From positions 1,807-65,806 of the forward strand of contig CAJAXK010000057.1 in NCBI GenBank assembly GCA_903946925.1: a stretch of DNA of 64,000 nt, in the 5' to 3' direction. A program made the position numbers and the translations under genes. The DNA comes from an uncultured Bacteroidales bacterium. GTDB taxonomy: Bacteria; Bacteroidota; Bacteroidia; Bacteroidales; UBA4417. The notes beneath the pieces are model-generated. The model was given only the letters and a program-made list of their open reading frames with translations, searched no databases and was not told the origin of the DNA. Numbering within the stretch: the stretch's first letter is position 1; each line of letters starts with the position of its first letter. Positions 46,644-54,390 of the stretch are shown piece by piece.

Positions 46644-48997
46644 AAAGATATTGGTTTGCGCATGTTACATGTTTTACATATTGGTTTCATTTTATATTTG
46701 CTTACCAGTTCCATATAAACAAAACCTTTTAAAACATCTTCAATCGATGTGGTTGAAATGTTTCCAAAGTCGCCTAAAGACTTTCTCAAATTGTCAGGCG
46801 CACAACATGGCGAGATATTCCCTGTTGCTGAAACCCAAAGTTCTTTTGTCAGAAAAGGGCACTCATATTCTTCGGGAAGTTCTTTAGTTTCATTGTCGTG
46901 AAGCGGAATAATGTTTTCTAAGATTACTTTTTCGCCGTTTGGTTTTCTAAATTTTTCCTGTGCATCAATAGCTTGCTTTACAAATACATTCCATTGCATT
47001 ACACTCTCTTGATTTGCTTTCATTGAGAGGTTTTTGATTTCCTCAAAATGTGCCCAAAGCTGATGTCCTTTTACCCTGTCAACACCAAGTGAAGCAGCCA
47101 ATTTTATAATCTCAGCCAACTCGTGCATGTTGTTTTGCATAAAAGTTAATTGAAATGTAACTCTACAGAAATATCCTGTTTTGGCAAAATGCTCATCACG
47201 GAATTTTATGAATGACTTAACATTTTCGATGGCTTGGTTAAAGTCAATTCCAATCATCACTTTTTGGGCTGTTTCTTCTGTTGCTCCGTTCCAGCTTATT
47301 TTTATATCTATAGTGTTTGGCACTATCAACTTTGCCCATTCTTGTACAGTTTTTTTAGGAAATGTCCCATTGGTAGTGAGATTGATTTTAATTTTTGTTT
47401 GCTCAGCCAATTCAAAAATTTTGTCAAACTCTTTGTATAGTAAGGGTTCTCCCATTGTGGAAGGTATGATTTCCTTTACTCCCAATTTTTCTGCCTGGTG
47501 AAAAACCTCTTCCACATCTGCAAATTTCATCCGTCTGCGTTTTACTCCGGTTTCCTTGAAAAGAGATGGAATAAATTTGCTGTATGGGCTGTGCTCCTCA
47601 CACATCACACATTTGAGGTTACAATCTTCCGGATTGGTATCAATGGTAATACGCCAGAGATTTTTTGAAGGGATAAATTGACGATATATTTTCTCCAATT
47701 CTTTGCAATGGTTATGAATATCAGGCACATTGCCATCTTCTGAATACAAATATCCTCTTTGCCCCAACCCTTTCATCAGGTTAGGGTTTTCAACAGCAAA
47801 CCTTAACTGCTCAGCCAAAGAATAGATGTTTCGATGTTCAAATAATAATCCGTTCAAATGGTGTTGAACATATTCTTTCATTCCTCCAAAATCAGCTGTT
47901 ATTACAGGCACTCTGCACGACTGTGCTTCATGAATTACCAATGGAGAGTTTTCGCCCCAAATGGAAGGAACCACTATGCAATCTACTTGTGAAAAAACTT
48001 CATCTGCTAAATTCTTGTTAATGTATTCCCCCTTGAACTGTATTGATAAATTGTATTCTCCGGCTATTTCCATCAGTGCTATAGTGCTTTGTTGAGCTTT
48101 TGATCCCCAAATTAAAAGTTCTGCATCACCCTCTAACTTTTTAAAAGCTTCAATCAATAAGTTGATTCCTTTGGATGGGACATGAGTGCCAATATATCCG
48201 AAGGTAAAATGTTTATTTCTTTTTCTGTTATAGGTTGGTGTCAAGTAATGGGTAGGGAAACCATAATCTAAATAGGTCAGTTTATTTTCTGGAACGTTAA
48301 ATTCTGCAATAAATCGATTTCTTAAATAGTGCGAAGGAGCAATGAACGCATCTACTTTATTTATTACTGACCGGGTTTCATCCATTCTGGCATCAATCCA
48401 ATTCTCCCAATATTGCTGATCATTTAATACATCTTTTCTACAAGGAATTTTATGCTCAAATTCATAGGAAAGCATATTATCAAAAGATGATGTATAACCG
48501 GAATGCAAAGGTTTATAACAAATACTTGCACATTTGCAGTTTTCCTGTTTATCACATAATTGCCAGACCTTTTCTCCATCCGAATTACGCTGTAAGAACT
48601 GGCCCCGTGGGCACATCAACCAAAAGTCATGAAGTGTAAATACAACCGGAATCTGCTTTCTGTTTAACTCATCAATAATACCAGTTGAAAGATGATTCAA
48701 ATGGCCAATATGGGCTATATCTGGTTTAATATTATCGAGTAGTTCAGCAAATTGACTGTCAATTTCCCTATGTCTGAAACCATCTTTGCCTTGGGCCATA
48801 TTCACAAAAAACAGAGTTAAATTCTCTTTTAATTTTTGTGTTCTGATTGTAAAATCAGGGGCATAAGGGTTCTCTTCGCGAGTAAAAACAAAAACTTCAT
48901 TTTCTTTTGATAATTCTTCGCAAATGGATTGGGTGTAAACTTCCGAACCAGCATTGTAGTTTGGTGGATAGCCGTGAATGATTTTGAGAATACGCAT
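46640..48997 (-). CDS. fusion protein: GT4-type glycosyltransferase + radical SAM/SPASM domain
   Basis: 785 aa. The N-terminal half (MRILKIIHGYPPNYNAGSEVY...; ENSPLVIHEAQSCRVPVITADFGGMKEYV) is GT-B / Glycos_transf_1-like. The C-terminal half has CNLKCVMC (CxxxCxxC), GEPLL, and a SPASM-like tail CPFLTKELWVSATGNISPCCAP...CKTCNM. A 4-nt overlap joins it to the downstream gene. Confidence 0.85.
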   Translation of the reverse strand: MRILKIIHGYPPNYNAGSEVYTQSICEELSKENEVFVFTREENPYAPDFTIRTQKLKENLTLFFVNMAQGKDGFRHREIDSQFAELLDNIKPDIAHIGHLNHLSTGIIDELNRKQIPVVFTLHDFWLMCPRGQFLQRNSDGEKVWQLCDKQENCKCASICYKPLHSGYTSSFDNMLSYEFEHKIPCRKDVLNDQQYWENWIDARMDETRSVINKVDAFIAPSHYLRNRFIAEFNVPENKLTYLDYGFPTHYLTPTYNRKRNKHFTFGYIGTHVPSKGINLLIEAFKKLEGDAELLIWGSKAQQSTIALMEIAGEYNLSIQFKGEYINKNLADEVFSQVDCIVVPSIWGENSPLVIHEAQSCRVPVITADFGGMKEYVQHHLNGLLFEHRNIYSLAEQLRFAVENPNLMKGLGQRGYLYSEDGNVPDIHNHCKELEKIYRQFIPSKNLWRITIDTNPEDCNLKCVMCEEHSPYSKFIPSLFKETGVKRRRMKFADVEEVFHQAEKLGVKEIIPSTMGEPLLYKEFDKIFELAEQTKIKINLTTNGTFPKKTVQEWAKLIVPNTIDIKISWNGATEETAQKVMIGIDFNQAIENVKSFIKFRDEHFAKTGYFCRVTFQLTFMQNNMHELAEIIKLAASLGVDRVKGHQLWAHFEEIKNLSMKANQESVMQWNVFVKQAIDAQEKFRKPNGEKVILENIIPLHDNETKELPEEYECPFLTKELWVSATGNISPCCAPDNLRKSLGDFGNISTTSIEDVLKGFVYMELVSKYKMKPICKTCNMRKPISL

Positions 48998-49026
48998 TTA
49001 GTTATGAATTATTTGTTTTTGGAAAG

Positions 49027-49048
49027 GGTTGGGGAGCGATCCCCAACC
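49027..49048 (-). promoter_or_regulatory. perfect 9-bp stem / 4-nt loop hairpin between the micro-ORF and the GT-rSAM gene
   Basis: ggttgggga-gcga-tccccaacc. It lies 2 nt after the micro-ORF stop and 29 nt before the 48997 start. No U-tract follows on the coding strand. Confidence 0.7.
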
Positions 49049-49050
49049 AA

Positions 49051-49146
49051 TTACTTCTTAGGTTTCGGAGGATTATTACCTCTACCACCGCCGGATGGTT
49101 TGCCAGTTGTGCTTGGAGCGTTTACTGGTTTCGTTGTTTTAGACAT
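49051..49146 (-). CDS. micro-ORF, 31 aa (candidate precursor peptide)
   Basis: Hand translation gives MSKTTKPVNAPSTTGKPSGGGRGNNPPKPKK*. The ATG is 3 nt after the stop of the preceding micro-ORF. It lies directly upstream of the rSAM/SPASM gene. Confidence 0.4.
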   Translation of the reverse strand: MSKTTKPVNAPSTTGKPSGGGRGNNPPKPKK

Positions 49147-49149
49147 TGA

Positions 49150-49227
49150 TTATCTATTATTGTGATGCCTCCTTTTTTGCGTTTCGGCTGCCGCACTATA
49201 AGTTTTATGGACTTCCAGTTGATCCAT
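49150..49227 (-). CDS. micro-ORF, 25 aa (candidate peptide)
   Basis: Hand translation gives MDQLEVHKTYSAAAETQKRRHHNNR*. The ATG is 1 nt after the TAG of 49229..49531. Confidence 0.3.
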   Translation of the reverse strand: MDQLEVHKTYSAAAETQKRRHHNNR

Positions 49228-49228
49228 T

Positions 49229-49531
49229 CTAATTAAGTATTTGGATAAAATAATTCTGTTTTTTTATAATATGAGTAAGTACATTTGAGAAAAATGCTCT
49301 TATAAGTTTACCGTTCTTCACGGTTAGACACAAGTTGGGCAGTTCCATGTTTTCGGGAAACGAAATTTTATTTCGTTTCATCCATTCATATCTTGCAATA
49401 ATGACAATGCTTTTTTGAAGATGTTTCTTCTTTGCAGAAGCCAATGCAACTTTGATTGCTTTTTGGTCGGGTGAAAACTTAACAGCTTTACATTCATTGT
49501 TTGAACTAATTGAAAATTTTGTTGTGTCCAT
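49229..49531 (-). CDS. hypothetical 100-aa protein (paralogue of 49639..49941)
   Basis: ORF-track entry. Its C-terminal NLCLTVKNGKLIRAFF...YFIQILN resembles ETCLVLIVKKNLILRGYW...HFQILYK in the neighbour. No family recognised. Confidence 0.55.
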   Translation of the reverse strand: MDTTKFSISSNNECKAVKFSPDQKAIKVALASAKKKHLQKSIVIIARYEWMKRNKISFPENMELPNLCLTVKNGKLIRAFFSNVLTHIIKKQNYFIQILN

Positions 49532-49638
49532 TTTGATTTGATCTTTGATTGATTTTATTATTAGAAATGAAGTTTTAGTATTCGTATTAAATTATAGCAC
49601 CTGACTTAAAAAATTAACTTATCAAGGATACTGTTTTT

Positions 49639-49941
49639 TCATTTGTACAAGATTTGAAAGTGAGCATTCTTTTCCTTGCTGAACAAATAGCTGATATGGT
49701 CGCACCAGTAGCCTCTTAGAATCAGATTCTTCTTAACGATAAGGACTAGACAAGTTTCATCATCCCTGGCCACCCCTTTCCTTTTCAAGAAGGAAGGCAA
49801 CACAAGCACAATATCTTTTTCGCATTCGGAGCATTCTACATATGGTAGGATTTTGTTGAGTATTTGGTCGTCAATACTTCTATCCCATTGGCTAAACATA
49901 AAGTGGGTTGTTTTCCTAAACTCTAAAATCTGTTTATTCAT
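49639..49941 (-). CDS. hypothetical 100-aa protein, first gene of the divergent operon
   Basis: ORF-track entry. The TTHFMFSQWDRSIDDQILNKIL segment is loosely reminiscent of DUF4258/RelE-like small proteins; I am not confident in that resemblance. Confidence 0.55.
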   Translation of the reverse strand: MNKQILEFRKTTHFMFSQWDRSIDDQILNKILPYVECSECEKDIVLVLPSFLKRKGVARDDETCLVLIVKKNLILRGYWCDHISYLFSKEKNAHFQILYK

Positions 49942-49965
49942 TTTCTTTAAATTTTAATTATGCTT

Positions 49966-49983
49966 AGACATAAAGTGTGCCAA
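49966..49983 (-). promoter_or_regulatory. candidate sigma54 (-24/-12) promoter, strong -24 and weak -12
   Basis: The minus strand reads TTGGCAC-ACTTT-ATGTC. The -24 TTGGCAC is perfect, but -12 is ATGT instead of TTGC. It lies ~25 nt upstream of the 49941 ATG, facing away from the sigma54-activator gene. Confidence 0.35.
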
Positions 49984-50079
49984 AATACTAAAAATAGTTT
50001 AACAACTTGAATATCAGTACCATAAATAAATTATTATAAATAAATAAAATACCTATAAGTAAATTAATACCTTTACAAT

Positions 50080-51906
50080 ATGAAAAATATTTATATAACC
50101 TGGCATTATACAACCCACGGTGTTGCATACTTAAAGCACATTCTTAGCCAATTCTACCTAATTCGAGAACTTCCAATTGAAATTAATTTTAGTCAGTTAG
50201 AGCAAGAAGAACTTAATTCAACTTTTAACAGTCCTAAATCAACAGGATTTCTTTTTGACGAGATAATTTATCTAACTGCACCACAAAAGGCATTTGATGG
50301 AGTTTCAAGCAGGAGATTCAGTCATAGAACAACTGTTTTGGATGATCCTGAAATTAAAAAAAGTAAATTGGGAATAGTATATCATGAACTTATCGAAATT
50401 TATCCAGAACATAAGCTGTCTGAGGAAATCAGTTTTATAGAAAACAACTATCCCGACCTGCTATCAGAGTACAAAGAATTGGTGTGGCGTAACATTCAGC
50501 ATTATCCAGTTGAAGAACAGATTAAGTGGTTAACAGAATATTCAAACTTTAAAAATGTATATTCTAATAAATTTAAGGTTGTTGAATTAAAGATTGATGA
50601 CTTTAGAAATGAAAAGCAAATTTCAGATGTAATAAGTAGATGGATTAGACATTACTTTTTCAGGCAAAAGAATTGTCGGCCAATAATTAATGTTTCACTT
50701 GGAAGTAATGAAACGCAAGTGGTATGGCATATACTGGCAGAAGCAGGCCAGTTGCCTGACACTACAAGATTTATTAAAACATATGATGATAAAAATGATA
50801 AGCCTGAAAAACGATTTAAGCAATTTTCAATTCAAGAAATTGCAACTAATCTAATTTCTACGATTGGAGCTGAGTTCAAGATATACGATGACACAAAATC
50901 ACCTTCTCGGGCTTTGGCTAATAAAAAAATGGAAACCTATCTTAAATTGGGTTTTTCGATTTTGCTAATTGGGGAAAGAGGAATCGGAAAATCAAAAATT
51001 GCTAGCGAAGCAAAGCAAAAGTTTGATCCCCAAAGTCCTTTCGTAGAAGCAAATTGCGCCTCATTTGATGAAGATAGTAAAGCAGAATCGGAGTTGTTTG
51101 GGTATGAAAAAGGAGCATTTACCGGAGCTAACGCTGTAAAAATAGGTCTTTTAGAAGCAGCAAATGGCGGTATTCTGTTTCTTGATGAAATTCATCATTT
51201 ATCAAAGCTTGTTCAGGCTAAACTAATGAAGGCATTGCAGACTGATAAGAAAAACAAAATGGCCATCCGGAGAATAGGCAGTAATAAAGAGATCAAAGTT
51301 GAATGCCGATTAATTTTTGCAACTAATAAAAGTATTGTTGAATTAAGAAATGAATTACTGCCCGATTTTTACGATAGAATTGTACAGTATGTTGTAAACA
51401 TCCCACCGATAAGAAACAATATTAAAGATAGGCCGTCTGATTGGGAAAAAGTTTGGAGTGATTTGAATTTAAAAGGGATGGATGGAAAATGGCTACGAGA
51501 ACCTCCTGATGATGAAAAATTGAATGAATGGCTATTAACTCTCCCATTGTATGGGAATTACAGAGATTTGCAAAAAATAGCCATCAGTTATCATGCTTTT
51601 AATCATTTTGACATGGAAACAAAGGGTATGTTGATTGAGGCCAATGCTTTCCAGTATGCAAAAAATGAATTTGAAAAATATCACTCACTTGTAGTCCAAC
51701 CTGAAAATGAGAAATTCAATTTCAATAACAGCCAAACAACAAAAGAAATGTTAGCTGACTATTTATTTGAATTGCAAAATTGGGCTGTGTTGAATTATAA
51801 ATCACGAAAAGCTGCAATAGAACATTTTCGGTTATTGGGAGATACAGTTGCTCCTGAAACCTTTAATAACTGGAAGAATAGGGATTCTGTAAAAAAGAAA
51901 AAATAG
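50080..51906 (+). CDS. sigma54-dependent transcriptional activator with an RtcR-like (CARF-like) N-terminal domain
   Basis: 608 aa. The AAA+ core has LLIGERGIGKS (Walker A), FGYEKGAFTGA (the GAFTGA sigma54-contact loop) and GGILFLDEIHHL (Walker B). The ~290-aa N-domain contains INVSLGSNETQVVWHILAEAGQLP, which parallels IHITTGTHVAQICWFLLAEARYLP of E. coli RtcR as I recall it. Confidence 0.75.
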   Translation: MKNIYITWHYTTHGVAYLKHILSQFYLIRELPIEINFSQLEQEELNSTFNSPKSTGFLFDEIIYLTAPQKAFDGVSSRRFSHRTTVLDDPEIKKSKLGIVYHELIEIYPEHKLSEEISFIENNYPDLLSEYKELVWRNIQHYPVEEQIKWLTEYSNFKNVYSNKFKVVELKIDDFRNEKQISDVISRWIRHYFFRQKNCRPIINVSLGSNETQVVWHILAEAGQLPDTTRFIKTYDDKNDKPEKRFKQFSIQEIATNLISTIGAEFKIYDDTKSPSRALANKKMETYLKLGFSILLIGERGIGKSKIASEAKQKFDPQSPFVEANCASFDEDSKAESELFGYEKGAFTGANAVKIGLLEAANGGILFLDEIHHLSKLVQAKLMKALQTDKKNKMAIRRIGSNKEIKVECRLIFATNKSIVELRNELLPDFYDRIVQYVVNIPPIRNNIKDRPSDWEKVWSDLNLKGMDGKWLREPPDDEKLNEWLLTLPLYGNYRDLQKIAISYHAFNHFDMETKGMLIEANAFQYAKNEFEKYHSLVVQPENEKFNFNNSQTTKEMLADYLFELQNWAVLNYKSRKAAIEHFRLLGDTVAPETFNNWKNRDSVKKKK

Positions 51907-52240
51907 CCTAGTTGTCGTATTAGTTGCGGTAGGGTAAAATGTAAATGTAGTTTGGGTCAACCTTAGTATTGGTAGAGCAACTCTTTTTATTTTTAAAATG
52001 TTTGCCAAATGACTTTCCGATCTTTTCTTTTTGTCAGGCGACATACCCAAAGATTGAATAATGAGCAGTTTTCAACCATTACTAATACCGCCCATAAATA
52101 CTCATCCAACCTCCAAAACACTGCTGTTTCAAATGCTCATAAACCATATTGGTTTTAACATTAACATCATTGGTTCGATAGGTAGGATAGCACTTCCTAT
52201 TGCCCGATTTAATAGTACAACAACATCTACAAGTTCACAA

Positions 52241-52270
52241 AAAAAGCTGTCTCTTTCGGGACAGCTTTTT
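52241..52270 (-). terminator. rho-independent terminator for 52287..52829
   Basis: aaaagctgtc-tctttcgg-gacagctttt forms the stem, with A/T tracts on both sides. It lies 17 nt downstream of the stop. Confidence 0.75.
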
Positions 52271-52286
52271 GTATTAGCAAATGAAG

Positions 52287-52829
52287 TTATTTTTTCTTGG
52301 TTTCAGTAGTGGGTGCTTTTTCGGCAGGAGTTTGTGCGGGTGTTGGCGTTTTTAAAACTGTTTTGTTGGCTGGAGTAGAAGGAGCAGCCTTTTTTTCAAC
52401 CGGTTTTCCGTTTGCATCCAAAAAAATTGGAGCTGGTTTTGTTGTGGTTCCTTGTGCAGCCAGTTTTACAGGAGCTGGTTTTGCCTGGTTAATAACAGGT
52501 TTTGCAGATTCTGCTGCTGAATGAACTGTTGATTTCACTGCCGATTTTGTTGAAGGTGCGGTATTCGCATTGGTTTTTGCCCCTTTTCCAGTTGATTCTT
52601 TGTAGCCTCCACTTTTGTATTCATTAGCTCTTTTCTTCGCTTCAGCGGCTTGTTCGGGGGTTAATGAATTGTATTTCTTTTTCAGTTCAGCCTGACGGGC
52701 TTTGTTTTTTTCGAGGTTTTCCTGTTTTTGTTTGTCGGCAGCTATTCCACTCGATTGGGCTTTGATTTCTGTACAGAACATAAAAGTTGCCACGACCAAA
52801 AACGATACAAATAATTTTGAAGTTTTCAT
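52287..52829 (-). CDS. secreted low-complexity Lys/Ala/Pro-rich protein
   Basis: 180 aa with a signal peptide ending ...EIKAQ. No family recognised. Confidence 0.6.
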   Translation of the reverse strand: MKTSKLFVSFLVVATFMFCTEIKAQSSGIAADKQKQENLEKNKARQAELKKKYNSLTPEQAAEAKKRANEYKSGGYKESTGKGAKTNANTAPSTKSAVKSTVHSAAESAKPVINQAKPAPVKLAAQGTTTKPAPIFLDANGKPVEKKAAPSTPANKTVLKTPTPAQTPAEKAPTTETKKK

Positions 52830-52887
52830 TTTTATAATTTTGAATTTAGCTTAAGCAAAAATTGATCCAAACAATTTATTGCCTCAT

Positions 52888-54072
52888 TTATTTGAATGGT
52901 TTATACCAAATCTGTGCTCCTTCGGAAGAAACCCTGTTAAGAAAAACATAGCTTCCATTAGTATTTGATAGTCCGGTAATGCAAAAATCGCCATTACTCA
53001 TTTCCACAATGCCAAAACCCTGATCTTCGCTTTCGCCTCCATACGTGGTGGTAGAACCTATCAGTGCGCCATTTGCATCGGTACGAATCAGATAAACGTC
53101 CTGTGTTCCTTTACTATCAGTTATTCCCGTAATTGCAAAGCCGCCAGTTGAAGCTTCCACCATTGAAGCACCATACTCATACCCGGTACCGCCAAAGGTT
53201 TTCATTGGCCAAAGCAAATTACCTGCTGTATCTGTTTTAATAAGGAAAACATCCTGGCTTGCCCCTTCCTGTAGCGAACCACTGATGGCTATAGAATTGT
53301 CCTTGGTAAGGATTAACGAATAGCCGACTCCGGTGTTATAGGTTTTGGTCCACAAACTATCGCCTTTAGCCGAAACCTTCATAAGGAACACTTTTCCACA
53401 GCAGGAACTATAACCCCTTATGGAACCAGTAAGGAAATAACCTCCATCGGGTGCGCCAATTACGCAATATGCTGCATCATTTACCGTATCGGAATTAACC
53501 TGATTTTTGGAGCCATATCTCTTTTCCCACAAAGAAACACCTGCATTGTTAATTCTTACGAGATACAAATCGCGGTCGGCATAGGTTGAATTTTGTATGT
53601 ATCCTGAAACCAAATATCCGCTGTCGGGATTAGCATGACGTAAAACATTAAAACCCTGGGAATAATTCGAGCCTCCGAATTTCCCCGAATTTACAAGTTT
53701 GCCGTTTGCATCGGTAATAACCACGTACATAGCCGGGGAATTTGAAGATGACTTATTACTAAACCCTGTAGCAATAAACCCTCCGGCATTTGATTTGGCT
53801 ACATTGTAAAACGCATCGGAATAAGAACTCCCAAATTTTTTGGACCAAAGCGTGTCGCCCGCCGAATTTGTTTTTATTAATGCGGCATCATACCCGGTCG
53901 AGCTTGATGTATTATAGCCGGCAATGATCAAATTTCCGTTATCATCGGCCATTGCAAGGCTGTTCCCACTGCGCAAATATGCTTCGGGAACGGTTTCTTC
54001 TTTTTTGCACGACGAGGCTAAACTAAGTAGGAATGCAGAAAAGAGTATGGTTTTAAAAAAGGTAATTTTCAT
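52888..54072 (-). CDS. lipoprotein with ~6 degenerate beta-propeller-like repeats
   Basis: 394 aa with lipobox LASSC. The repeated pattern is G(D/N).LW.K.(F/Y)G......(D/A)..........GG(F/Y).(I/L)TG. Confidence 0.65.
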   Translation of the reverse strand: MKITFFKTILFSAFLLSLASSCKKEETVPEAYLRSGNSLAMADDNGNLIIAGYNTSSSTGYDAALIKTNSAGDTLWSKKFGSSYSDAFYNVAKSNAGGFIATGFSNKSSSNSPAMYVVITDANGKLVNSGKFGGSNYSQGFNVLRHANPDSGYLVSGYIQNSTYADRDLYLVRINNAGVSLWEKRYGSKNQVNSDTVNDAAYCVIGAPDGGYFLTGSIRGYSSCCGKVFLMKVSAKGDSLWTKTYNTGVGYSLILTKDNSIAISGSLQEGASQDVFLIKTDTAGNLLWPMKTFGGTGYEYGASMVEASTGGFAITGITDSKGTQDVYLIRTDANGALIGSTTTYGGESEDQGFGIVEMSNGDFCITGLSNTNGSYVFLNRVSSEGAQIWYKPFK

Positions 54073-54390
54073 GTTAATGTTAAATTGTTGAAATGTTTAT
54101 TGTTAGTTAATCAGAGTTTGTTTTAAGCTGTTCGATCCTAAAATTTGCTATTTACGATTTGTTTTCAGCGAGTTATTAGTAACATCCTTCAATCCAGTGC
54201 GTTGAAAATAATCGGAAGTATTAGAACCCAGCTTTATTCACAGACTTTATTTAGTGTATGTTTTTCGACTTGGTTAAATTCAAAATGTACGAATTGCAAT
54301 GTACGATTGATTTATTTTCAGCGAGTTATAATCGTCAATCGCAATCCGTACATCGTAAATAAAAGTAAAACCCGAATTTATGGACAGGCC

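Noticed and set aside
49150-49227. The 25-aa micro-ORF as a PqqA homologue (LEVHKTY versus the PqqA E-x3-Y core).
   Set aside because: The spacing is E-x4-Y, no pqqB/C/D/E-type genes are present, and the similarity covers only a few residues. It is kept only as a caveat inside the micro-ORF finding.
43108-52286. Integrative element or prophage inserted at tRNA-Ala.
   Set aside because: I found no integrase, excisionase, phage or conjugation genes, and no duplicate of the tRNA 3' end by eye. I kept only the weaker 'compositionally distinct block' statement as a finding.
51832-52309. ORFs 51832..52050 (minus) and 52061..52309 (plus), and a Cys-rich reading (TCRCCCTIKSGNRKCYPTY...) on the minus strand near 52.1-52.2 kb.
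   Set aside because: The first overlaps the 3' end of the activator gene. The others lack credible starts or motifs, and the plus-strand ORF runs through the terminator hairpin. They may be decayed remnants at the island edge, but I cannot support a gene.
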